In this document: positions 35,618 through 42,282 of the stretch, piece by piece
How the letters are laid out: each line of letters starts with the position of its first letter
Position numbering within the stretch: position 1 is the first letter of the stretch
DNA from: Methanomassiliicoccaceae archaeon
GTDB taxonomy: Archaea > Thermoplasmatota > Thermoplasmata > Methanomassiliicoccales > Methanomethylophilaceae
Direction: 5' to 3'
Assembly: GCA_009780795.1 (NCBI GenBank)
Contig: WQZJ01000001.1
Location: forward strand, 1-42,282
DNA length: 42,282 bases
Position numbers and translations under genes: made by a program
Notes under the pieces: generated by a model
What the model saw: only the letters and a program-made list of their open reading frames with translations
What the model was told of the DNA's origin: nothing
The model's database searches: none

Positions 35618-36937
35618 ATGGCGAACATCAAAGAGAACGTTATACGCGCAAAGGACGCCGCGACCGTCCTGTCGGCCGTGAGCACCAGCGTGAAGGATAA
35701 GGCGCTCGAGGCAATGGCCGATGCTCTGGACAACTTCAGGAAGGAAGTGATCTCCGCGAACGCCGAGGATATGATCGCAGCGGAGAGGATGAGGGCCGCC
35801 GGCGAGCTTACAGACCCTATGGTAAAGCGTCTGAGGGTGAACGACGAGAAGATCGACGGAATGATGGACGGCATAAGGGATGTGAGGAAGTTAAAGGACC
35901 CGATCGGCGAGACGATGTCCGCGATGGAGCTGGACGATGGTCTGACGTTGTACCAGGTAAGATGTCCGATAGGACTCATAGGTGTGATATTCGAATCTAG
36001 GCCGGATGTGGTCCCGCAGATAATGGCGTTATGCCTCAAGAGCGGTAACGCCGTCGCGTTCAAAGGAGGCAAGGAGGCGGCAGGTACGAACCGCGCGCTG
36101 TTCGATATATTGTCAAAGGCAGCGTACGCGGCCGGTATACCCGAGGGCTCGTTCTGTCTCATGGAGACAAGGGAGGACGTGTCCGCGATATTGGGAATGG
36201 ACGGCCTGATAGACCTTCTCATACCGCGAGGGTCCAACGAGTTCGTTAGGTATATCCAAGAGAACACAAAGATACCGGTCCTCGGTCACTCCGCAGGGAT
36301 ATGTCACGTATATGTGGATGCGGACGCGGACATCGATGTCGCTGTGAATGTGACGCTGGACTCGAAGATACAGTACCCGGCGGTCTGCAATGCCGTCGAG
36401 ACGTTACTCGTGAACGTTCGCATAGCTGATGAGTTCATCCCGAGGATGACGGACATCTTCATCAGGAACGGCGTGGAGGTAAGGGCGGACGCATCCGCCA
36501 TGAAACTGGCCGGAACGCACGTGAAGGAGGCGAAGGACAGCGATTGGGACGAGGAGTACAACGACCTCGTGATCTCGATGAGGACAGTGGATTCACTGGA
36601 TGAGGCGGTGGATTTCATCAACAAACACGGTTCGAAGCACACGGATGCGATAATCACACGCAACAAGGACAATGCGCTCAGGTTCGCGAACTTCGTCGAT
36701 TCATCGAGCGTGATGGTGAACGCATCCACCCGATTCTCGGACGGATACAGGTACGGGAAGGGCGCCGAGGTGGGGATAAGCACGAACAAGATACACTCCA
36801 GGGGCCCGGTGGGCATGGAGGGACTGACGATATACAAGTACGTGCTGACAGGCGAAGGGCACGTTGTGAAGGATTACGCGGGAAAGGATGCGAAGAGATA
36901 CACGCACAGAACGCTGGACAAAGAATTCAAGTTGTGA
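35618..36937 (+). CDS. proA: gamma-glutamyl phosphate reductase
   Basis: It is an aldehyde-dehydrogenase-fold protein with ProA blocks (IGVIFESRPDV, AFKGGKEA, PAVCNAVETLLV, HGSKHTDAIIT). Confidence 0.9.
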   Translation: MANIKENVIRAKDAATVLSAVSTSVKDKALEAMADALDNFRKEVISANAEDMIAAERMRAAGELTDPMVKRLRVNDEKIDGMMDGIRDVRKLKDPIGETMSAMELDDGLTLYQVRCPIGLIGVIFESRPDVVPQIMALCLKSGNAVAFKGGKEAAGTNRALFDILSKAAYAAGIPEGSFCLMETREDVSAILGMDGLIDLLIPRGSNEFVRYIQENTKIPVLGHSAGICHVYVDADADIDVAVNVTLDSKIQYPAVCNAVETLLVNVRIADEFIPRMTDIFIRNGVEVRADASAMKLAGTHVKEAKDSDWDEEYNDLVISMRTVDSLDEAVDFINKHGSKHTDAIITRNKDNALRFANFVDSSSVMVNASTRFSDGYRYGKGAEVGISTNKIHSRGPVGMEGLTIYKYVLTGEGHVVKDYAGKDAKRYTHRTLDKEFKL

Positions 36938-36941
36938 CACC

Positions 36942-38060
36942 ATGAACAGAAAAGAGCACCTGAAGGGGGCGCACAGGATCGTCGTGAAAGTCGGAACATC
37001 ATCCATAACAAGAGGGGGACCGAGCGCATCGTCCGAGTTCATGGACACCATAGCCAGACAGGTGAAGGATCTAAAGGACAAAGGAACGGAGGTGTTGATA
37101 GTAACATCCGGCGCGATAGGCATCGGACTGGCGGTGATGGACGCCAGGGCGCGGTCGCGCGAGATACCCGTGAGGCAGGCGGCGGCATCCATAGGACAGA
37201 GCGCGCTGATGCAGAAATGGAACGAGAGCTTCCAAAGGCACGGTATAGCGACGGCACAGATACTGCTGACATATGACTTCTACTCTGACCGCGAGAAATA
37301 CCTCAACCTGAGGAACGCGATACAGACGATACTGGAGTTCGGTGCGGTGCCGATATTCAATGAGAACGATGCGATATGTGTCAAAGAGATAGACGCGGTG
37401 TTCGGTGACAACGACACACTTTCGGCGATGGTGTCGATAAAGATGGACGCCGACCTTCTGATAATATTGTCGGATGTTCACGGTCTATACGATAAAGATC
37501 CGAAGTTATTCGGAGACGCTAAGCTGATCCCGGAGGTGACGGACATAACCGATCGGATACGGGAGCAGGCCGGCGACACGGCTGGCCGCCTGGGGACGGG
37601 AGGCATGAGGACGAAGATACGTGCCGCCGAGATATGCCATGAGGCGGGATGCAGCGTCATCATCGCCGGGAGCGACGTCGACGATGTCATCGAAAGAATA
37701 ATCGACGGCGAGGAGATAGGCACGATATTCATCACCGATAAGAGAGAAAGCAGGAAAAGCAGCTGGATACGGTATGCGCATGCGTCCGGCTCGATAGAGG
37801 TGGATGAGGGTGCCAAGAAGGCGCTGCTGAAGCACGTGAGCCTTCTTGCGGTCGGTATAAAGGACACAAAAGGAAGGTTCGACAGAGGCGATGTCGTCAA
37901 CATCACATGCGGCGGTGCAGTGATAGCGAAAGGCATACCCGATTACAATTCCGACGACATATCGAAGATCAAGGGGCTGCACAGTGACAGGATGTTCGAG
38001 GTACTCGGTCACAAGAACTATGACAACGTGATAAGGAGCGAGAACATAGTCATAATGTGA
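36942..38060 (+). CDS. proB: glutamate 5-kinase with C-terminal PUA domain
   Basis: It has RIVVKVGTSSIT, VTSGAIGIG, NENDA, GDNDTLSA and GTGGMRTK, with a PUA-like C-terminus. ATG 36942 follows the proA stop by 4 nt. The track start at 36888 overlaps proA. Confidence 0.9.
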   Translation: MNRKEHLKGAHRIVVKVGTSSITRGGPSASSEFMDTIARQVKDLKDKGTEVLIVTSGAIGIGLAVMDARARSREIPVRQAAASIGQSALMQKWNESFQRHGIATAQILLTYDFYSDREKYLNLRNAIQTILEFGAVPIFNENDAICVKEIDAVFGDNDTLSAMVSIKMDADLLIILSDVHGLYDKDPKLFGDAKLIPEVTDITDRIREQAGDTAGRLGTGGMRTKIRAAEICHEAGCSVIIAGSDVDDVIERIIDGEEIGTIFITDKRESRKSSWIRYAHASGSIEVDEGAKKALLKHVSLLAVGIKDTKGRFDRGDVVNITCGGAVIAKGIPDYNSDDISKIKGLHSDRMFEVLGHKNYDNVIRSENIVIM

Positions 38061-38078
38061 CGCGTTCGCGGAACGCGT
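38060..38078 (+). terminator. perfect 8-bp stem / 3-nt loop hairpin immediately at the proB stop
   Basis: The sequence acgcgttc-gcg-gaacgcgt begins with the last base of the TGA. AT-rich sequence follows. It could be a terminator element or part of the integration junction. Confidence 0.4.
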
Positions 38079-38230
38079 ATATCGATTATTTAGAGGAATA
38101 AGTGGGCCCAGCCGAGATTTCGGCATCGCACGGCCAGCACTTCAAAAAACAGATTTCAATAACGGTATTTTTCACGTTATTGATTTTCATTGAAAACAAG
38201 TAATCAAAATACAGAAAACACCCGGTATAT

Positions 38231-39271
38231 CTAATCAATCGCGTCCTTTTCCCATCGATCGCCGAGAGCGTTCCGGACAGCCTTGCGCTTGTCGATCCGG
38301 AGGTAATACTTCTCGGTGTTCGTCTGCCTCTCATGCCGCAGCTGCTTCGACGCAGCTCCGATCAGAGACAGATCGTCATCGACGAGCAGAGTGAGCAGCG
38401 TCGGCCGCAGATCCTTGATCCGGAAGCTGACTCCGGAGAGCTCCTCGATCTTGATCTTATGTTTCCGGAACGTGTTTCCGCAAAGAGGCTTACCTGTAGA
38501 GGGATTGACGAAAACAAACTTCGTTTTGACTCCCATCTCTGCGAGGTACTCTTCCCGCTCCTTCAGGGAACGTTCGAGGCGTCTGAGCATATCCTGTCGG
38601 ATGATGTTGACCTTTTCCTTCTTGCCCCAGGAACCCTCGCCCTTGGGGTGACGTACATAGAATGTCTCCGCGGCGAGATTGATATCCTGCATCTCCGCCT
38701 CGAACATCTCCTTAGGCCGGCAGCCGGTGCCGAAGGCCAAAGGCAGCAGCACCCGCATGACGATCCCCGGATATCCGCCGATCAGATCAATGGCGGCGAA
38801 GATCCTCCGCACCTCCTCGATCGGCAGCGCACGAACCTCACCGTCGCCGTCGGCCGACTTGATCACGATCTCGTCATCCTCGGCCATCCTCTCAATGATC
38901 TTGTTGCCCCAGAACTCAAGATATCCCTTCAGGATCTTGACATACGTTCCTTCAGAACTGTTGGTCATCTCTTTCGCCTTCATCCACCTGAAGAAGGCCT
39001 CGATCTCAGCCGGCCCCATGTGACGAGGGTCTGTAGTCTCGATGGATCCGGAAGACTTGAATCTCTCGAAGACCTCTGAAAAGTACTCCAGCTTCCGACC
39101 GTTCTCATAGATCGTGACCGGCGTGAATCTTATCGATTTCTTGGCGATGTAATGCTTGATCCCTGCCTTGAATGGATATCGGCCGAGCCTGATCCCGCTG
39201 CGCGTCTCCGCCCACCGGCTGCTCTCCGCAGCCTTCTTTTTTGTTCTCTTTTTCGCTCCCATCCTGTGCAC
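38231..39271 (-). CDS. int: tyrosine recombinase / phage-type integrase
   Basis: The C-terminal catalytic region has GTGCRPKEM (Arg I), KDLRPT (H/K-x-x-R) and LRHERQTNTEKYYLR (His plus the Tyr nucleophile). The gene ends in TAG. Confidence 0.8.
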   Translation of the reverse strand: MHRMGAKKRTKKKAAESSRWAETRSGIRLGRYPFKAGIKHYIAKKSIRFTPVTIYENGRKLEYFSEVFERFKSSGSIETTDPRHMGPAEIEAFFRWMKAKEMTNSSEGTYVKILKGYLEFWGNKIIERMAEDDEIVIKSADGDGEVRALPIEEVRRIFAAIDLIGGYPGIVMRVLLPLAFGTGCRPKEMFEAEMQDINLAAETFYVRHPKGEGSWGKKEKVNIIRQDMLRRLERSLKEREEYLAEMGVKTKFVFVNPSTGKPLCGNTFRKHKIKIEELSGVSFRIKDLRPTLLTLLVDDDLSLIGAASKQLRHERQTNTEKYYLRIDKRKAVRNALGDRWEKDAID

Positions 39272-39273
39272 CC

Positions 39274-39394
39274 CAATTTTGTTAATTTGTTAACTTTTTT
39301 GTCTGTGAAACAACATAGCCAGCATGTTTTGTTTTTTGTAGGTTAAAATAAAGTTAAAACGACAATTTTGTTAACTTATTTGATTTTGTTAACC
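39274..39394. repeat. cluster of TTTGTTAA(C/T) iteron-like repeats between the ATPase gene end and the integrase start
   Basis: There are four copies, at 39277-39285, 39286-39294, 39366-39375 and 39384-39393. The string CAATTTTGTTAA occurs twice. Two GTTAAAA motifs lie at 39342-39348 and 39353-39359. Confidence 0.6.
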
Positions 39395-40917
39395 TCCTCT
39401 GAAAGGTCAAAAGAGTCCGTCCACTCCGGTGCCCACATCCTCAAATATTGCATGAAGAAGGGCTTGAAGTCACGGTGCTGCGGCTTGAAATAAGACTTGT
39501 TCTGTTTCCCCCGTTCATACGAAAAACCGAGGGAGAGGATCTTCGCTGTGATCGTCTTCGTAGGTACCTCGTCCCGGCCGGCGTTGCCCTGATCCTTCAG
39601 GATCGCGTTGTAGCAGTTCGCGACGTCTGTGGTGCTGACATTTTCAACGATATGGTCAAAGTTGGCCGCCGTGATCACGGGGTTGAGTTTGTCGACAACG
39701 AGCTCTTTCCGCCGGCTGAAGACGGCGTCGACCATGGCCATGAACGTGATCGCTTCCGGTGTGTCTATGATGATCTCCCGGTTGGCCTTGACGCTGTCGG
39801 CAATAAGCTCGATCGTGGGCCTCTCTGAGCCTGTCAGTAAGCTCGTCGTGTACAATGTGCTCGCGATGTTGCGAGCTCGCCCCCTGATCTGCGGAGCACC
39901 CTTCATCCCATTCACGAAGGCGTAATACCACTGTCCCTTCCATTCGCCGCTGTCGATCCTATCCCGGAGGTGTCTTCTCGTTTGAGCTGCAGGTTCCTCC
40001 CAGTTCAGCCCAAAGGTCTTCGATCCGCCGAGGAAGGCCCATCGGAGGGCGTAGAGCTCTGTCCGGATCCTGTAAGGGCTGATGTCATCGAGGAGCTCCT
40101 CATCCTCATGGATGCTGTCGATATCGCCCAGCTCCAGATCGTCCGGCATACCGATCATCCCGATCCGGATGCCGCGGTTGTATACGTCTTCAGGTAGACC
40201 TTCAGCTTTGACCGTGAGGGCGATGTGCGTATGCACGTGATTTTTGTATACGCGCTGAGACTTGGGGTCTGCGCGGATCAATAAATTCCCCTTCTCGAAG
40301 GCTGCTTTGATGAGCTCGCAGACCTCCATGCCGCGATCGCTCTGCATGGTGCCCATGAGCTCGTCCAATAGCAGCGTCACGTTGTCGGTTTCGATCTGCC
40401 GGCTGAGAGCAGCTGCAGAATAATTGGTCACATACTGGCCACGGTAGACGATGAGATTCAATGTCTTCAGCGTGGTCGACTTTCCGGAGACCGTCACACC
40501 GTCAAATATGAGCACCGGCGCATATCTGAATACCTCCCGGAAGTACGATGAGATAACCCAATTGGCGACCAGATCGTAAGCGTTGTCGTCAGAGAACCAC
40601 ACGAACCTCCGGAGATATCGGACGATGCGTCCGTGGATCTGCGACAGATCGTTCTCGATCGGCAGCAGCTCATGGTCGTTGAACTTTCCCGGAGAATGCC
40701 ATGCAGACCTGTGCACGGCATTCTCAAGGATCCTGATCTCGTCCTTGGTATACTTGTCCTGGTTGTAGATATCGGACGCGGAGATCGTCTCTGTGTCGCC
40801 GGCACCGTTCAGGATGAGCACCTTCGTGAGGTACTTGTCGTCGACGCTGCGGTCTGTTCCTCGATCTAAATTCGGGACGACGAACCGCTCGATCATTTTG
40901 GCGCTGAAGATACTCAT
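39376..40917 (-). CDS. P-loop NTPase of the mobile element (candidate replication helicase/initiator, SF3-like)
   Basis: It is 513 aa with Walker A DGVTVSGKSTTL and Walker B VTLLLDEL. It sits between small regulatory ORFs and the integrase, as plasmid or viral replication proteins do. I do not recognise the family precisely. Confidence 0.55.
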   Translation of the reverse strand: MSIFSAKMIERFVVPNLDRGTDRSVDDKYLTKVLILNGAGDTETISASDIYNQDKYTKDEIRILENAVHRSAWHSPGKFNDHELLPIENDLSQIHGRIVRYLRRFVWFSDDNAYDLVANWVISSYFREVFRYAPVLIFDGVTVSGKSTTLKTLNLIVYRGQYVTNYSAAALSRQIETDNVTLLLDELMGTMQSDRGMEVCELIKAAFEKGNLLIRADPKSQRVYKNHVHTHIALTVKAEGLPEDVYNRGIRIGMIGMPDDLELGDIDSIHEDEELLDDISPYRIRTELYALRWAFLGGSKTFGLNWEEPAAQTRRHLRDRIDSGEWKGQWYYAFVNGMKGAPQIRGRARNIASTLYTTSLLTGSERPTIELIADSVKANREIIIDTPEAITFMAMVDAVFSRRKELVVDKLNPVITAANFDHIVENVSTTDVANCYNAILKDQGNAGRDEVPTKTITAKILSLGFSYERGKQNKSYFKPQHRDFKPFFMQYLRMWAPEWTDSFDLSEEVNKIK

Positions 40918-40995
40918 GGGAATCCCTCCAAACGTGTCTGAGTACGGTGTCCGCAGCTCGCCTTCACGATGAGCTCCGGCGATATCGGCGCCGCC
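40911..40995. repeat. direct repeat copy A (85 bp, 32-bp perfect core at 40960-40991)
   Basis: It aligns without gaps to 41522-41606, an offset of exactly 611 bp. Confidence 0.9.
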
Positions 40996-41003
40996 TTCGT
41001 CAT
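40914..41003 (-). CDS. 29-aa mini-ORF encoding the repeated peptide MTKAAPISPELIVKASCGHRTQTRLEGFP
   Basis: It is wedged between the 72-aa ORF and the ATPase gene by two ATGA overlaps (41000-41003 and 40914-40917). The peptide is conserved with the C-terminus of the 86-aa ORF despite many nucleotide differences. It is below the ORF-track length cutoff. Confidence 0.5.
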   Translation of the reverse strand: MTKAAPISPELIVKASCGHRTQTRLEGFP

Positions 41004-41218
41004 TTGAATAGATCCTCTACGTTCTGTGTAAATTCCAGGAACAGTTTCTCTATTGGTTCCGTTATATTCGGGTCCAGGAACACCGCGATCTCCAAGATCA
41101 CTCTCACAAGGGTCGATAAGGCCCTTCCGTCCTTCGTCCTGGCCTCTATCGTTATCACGTTGCCGGATATCATTTGCGTCAGCTCGAGAGCGTCCGCTGA
41201 TTGCTCTGTTTTTTCCAT
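41000..41218 (-). CDS. hypothetical 72-aa protein of the mobile element
   Basis: It is an ORF with no evident low-complexity sequence and is transcribed divergently from the RHH gene. I do not recognise the family. Confidence 0.5.
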   Translation of the reverse strand: MEKTEQSADALELTQMISGNVITIEARTKDGRALSTLVRVILEIAVFLDPNITEPIEKLFLEFTQNVEDLFK

Positions 41219-41232
41219 TTTTGCTCAATCCT

Positions 41233-41304
41233 ACAAGAATAATTCTTGTTATGCCGTAACTGTTATGGCAGATATTTATAATTTTTTGCAAGAATACCTC
41301 TTGT
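41233..41304. promoter_or_regulatory. bidirectional promoter/operator region of the element
   Basis: It holds the 17-nt perfect palindrome ACAAGAAT-A-ATTCTTGT (41233-41249) and the imperfect palindrome TGCCGTAAC-T-GTTATGGCA (41252-41270). The TATA box TTTATAA lies at 41275-41281, about 27 nt before ATG 41305. A second CAAGA-ATACC-TCTTG inverted repeat lies at 41289-41303. Confidence 0.55.
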
Positions 41305-41466
41305 ATGGCAGGACGTAAACCATACATTACAGTGACTCTTCCGGAAGAAATGCTTGAGTACCTTAGGAAAAAAGTAGAATCTCGCGAGTTCGCAAGCATG
41401 GCGCATGGGATCGAATTATGCGTTCTCCGGTTCAAAGAAGCAGAAGAGAAGGGGTTGAGGCCCTGA
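41305..41466 (+). CDS. 53-aa ribbon-helix-helix (CopG/Arc-like) DNA-binding protein, absent from the ORF track
   Basis: My own translation is MAGRKPYITVTLPEEMLEYLRKKVESREFASMAHGIELCVLRFKEAEEKGLRP. It fits a beta-strand (ITVTLP), helix, helix layout. A TATA box at leaderless distance precedes it, next to palindromic operators. Confidence 0.6.
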   Translation: MAGRKPYITVTLPEEMLEYLRKKVESREFASMAHGIELCVLRFKEAEEKGLRP

Positions 41467-41521
41467 GGGCATTTTAGGATTGAGCTTTCTAAAATTCTAA
41501 CCTCAGAGGCCCCATTGTTTG

Positions 41522-41606
41522 TACTCATATGAAACCCTCCAGTCTGCTTTGTGTCTTGTGTGCGCAGCTAGCCTTCACGATGAGCTCCGGCGATATCGGC
41601 GCAGCC
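41522..41606. repeat. direct repeat copy B (85 bp, 32-bp perfect core at 41571-41602)
   Basis: It aligns without gaps to 40911-40995. Confidence 0.9.
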
Positions 41607-41785
41607 GGTGAGATCTCATAAAAGAGGCCACAGACCTTCACGGTGTAATTCTTCTTCTTCGCCGCCGAGACAAAGATACCTTGACCGTTGTCGTAGTGCC
41701 CGAAGCAGTACAGCAGGAACCCTCCCTCGACGGGATCCCAAATCTTCCGTCCGCACCGGTCACACGGTTCTCTGTTTACTTCCAT
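41525..41785 (-). CDS. 86-aa zinc-ribbon-like protein ending in the repeated peptide tail
   Basis: It has the N-terminal CDRCGRKIW and the C-terminal AAPISPELIVKASCAHKTQSRLEGFI. GGAGGAG lies upstream of ATG 41785. Confidence 0.55.
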   Translation of the reverse strand: MEVNREPCDRCGRKIWDPVEGGFLLYCFGHYDNGQGIFVSAAKKKNYTVKVCGLFYEISPAAPISPELIVKASCAHKTQSRLEGFI

Positions 41786-41789
41786 GTGA

Positions 41790-41972
41790 TCACTCCTCCG
41801 GAAAACTTATGATGCTGCGCTGTTCCCTCTCAGCCCGCTTCTTGGCATCCATGGCGCGTCTTATACGTCCCCAGGGGTCAGACGTCGTCTTGGCGTTCTC
41901 TTTCCCTTCCTGCGGCCACTCTGAGGCCTCCGCGACCTTTAACTGAAGGTCGCAATCCTCACACTCTTTCAT
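41790..41972 (-). CDS. hypothetical 60-aa protein (MKECEDCDLQ...), mobile element
   Basis: Its ATG forms an ATGA overlap with the upstream ORF at 41969-41972. It has a basic, coiled C-terminal half. The longer track start at 41999 overlaps the upstream ORF. Confidence 0.45.
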   Translation of the reverse strand: MKECEDCDLQLKVAEASEWPQEGKENAKTTSDPWGRIRRAMDAKKRAEREQRSIISFPEE

Positions 41973-42130
41973 GGCATCGCCCCCGGAAGCAGGATCCACT
42001 GAGCCGTATGGTCAGTTCCCTTGTCACAGCCGTCCGGACCTTCCAGGTGCGATGTCGCCGGCTCCACGCAGGCTCTGTTGCATCCGACGCATTGCCACCA
42101 CCATTGCCGGCGATGTCCATTGCCGGTCAC
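41969..42130 (-). CDS. hypothetical 53-aa Cys/Trp-rich protein, mobile element
   Basis: GTG 42130 lies 6 nt after GGAGGG and forms a GTGA overlap with the stop of the upstream partial ORF. It contains WWWQCVGCNRAC. Confidence 0.4.
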   Translation of the reverse strand: MTGNGHRRQWWWQCVGCNRACVEPATSHLEGPDGCDKGTDHTAQWILLPGAMP

Positions 42131-42282
42131 GGGGTTCCCTCCTCGAACGTCACAATGTCCACGCACTCGATAGCGTCGCCACAATGCGGGCAGAAATCCA
42201 GAGTCAAGTATCCGTAGTAATCGCCGTCATTATAGTGGGCTTCGGCGCAGATCCTGCAGGTGGCGATGTTGTAGAAGTAGAC
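42127..42282 (-). CDS. zinc-ribbon protein, C-terminal fragment (N-terminus outside the window)
   Basis: My own translation of the minus strand from the window edge is VYFYNIATCRICAEAHYNDGDYYGYLTLDFCPHCGDAIECVDIVTFEEGTP, then a stop. It contains a CxxC...CxxC pair. Confidence 0.45.
   Translation of the reverse strand, partial: VYFYNIATCRICAEAHYNDGDYYGYLTLDFCPHCGDAIECVDIVTFEEGTP

Larger units (their letters stand above)
38078..42282. mobile_element. integrated mobile genetic element (plasmid- or provirus-like); left end next to proB, right end beyond the window
   Basis: It has a tyrosine integrase, a P-loop replication-type ATPase and an RHH regulator. At least five tiny ORFs are chained by ATGA/GTGA overlaps, all but the RHH gene on the minus strand. 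The intergenic regions are AT-rich and repeat-rich, unlike the flanking core operons. The exact borders are not determinable here. Confidence 0.7.

Noticed and set aside
38061-38230. tRNA gene or tRNA fragment as the integration target next to the integrase
   Set aside because: Reading both strands, I find no cloverleaf-compatible sequence and no T-loop GTTCGAATC-like or anticodon-arm pattern. The region is AT-rich with simple palindromes only.
40914-41528. 204-aa minus-strand ORF from the track (MSTNNGASEV...)
   Set aside because: Its sequence has no recognisable domains. It runs antisense through a well-formed RHH gene and straight through a TATA/palindrome promoter region. It also overlaps the better 72-aa ORF in another frame. 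Only its last 29 codons, the repeated peptide, look coding, and I call those separately.
1-42282. CRISPR arrays, rRNA genes, IS elements with terminal inverted repeats
   Set aside because: No regularly spaced short direct repeats, no rRNA-like conserved stretches and no transposase-like ORFs were seen on either strand. The only repeat families found are the 85-bp pair and the TTTGTTAAC iterons inside the integrated element.

Overview
This is an archaeal chromosomal segment, read as archaeal from the archaeal-lipid genes, Nob1/Csl4, type III RuBisCO and TATA-box/leaderless promoter architecture. The gene content suggests a Thermoplasmatota or Methanomassiliicoccales-like methanogen, but that placement is inference only. 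Most of the window (1-38060) is tightly packed core genome. It holds an MntA/HepT toxin-antitoxin pair and a carS-pyrE-ddh-udg-HAD operon. It also holds the AMP-salvage RuBisCO cluster (R15P isomerase, RbcL III, AMP phosphorylase) with a coupled CE4 deacetylase. Next come a VapB/frameshifted-VapC pair and a folD-kptA-(TiaS-like DUF1743)-uppS-(B12-like radical SAM) string. After proC lies a complete 11-subunit Fpo/Nuo-like operon (A B C D H I J1 J2 K L M N) with no electron-input subunits and an unusual four-cluster FpoI. Further on are a polyprenyl synthase plus a GGR-family reductase, a nob1/csl4/methyltransferase/ThiI-like RNA-processing block, a GltB-like protein, a wHTH-G3E GTPase fusion and proAB. 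From about 38.1 kb to the window end lies an integrated mobile element. It carries a tyrosine integrase, a P-loop replication-type ATPase, a divergent RHH switch and a chain of tiny translationally coupled zinc-ribbon ORFs. It also contains an 85-bp direct repeat spaced 611 bp apart that encodes a conserved peptide. I found no rRNA, tRNA or CRISPR array.
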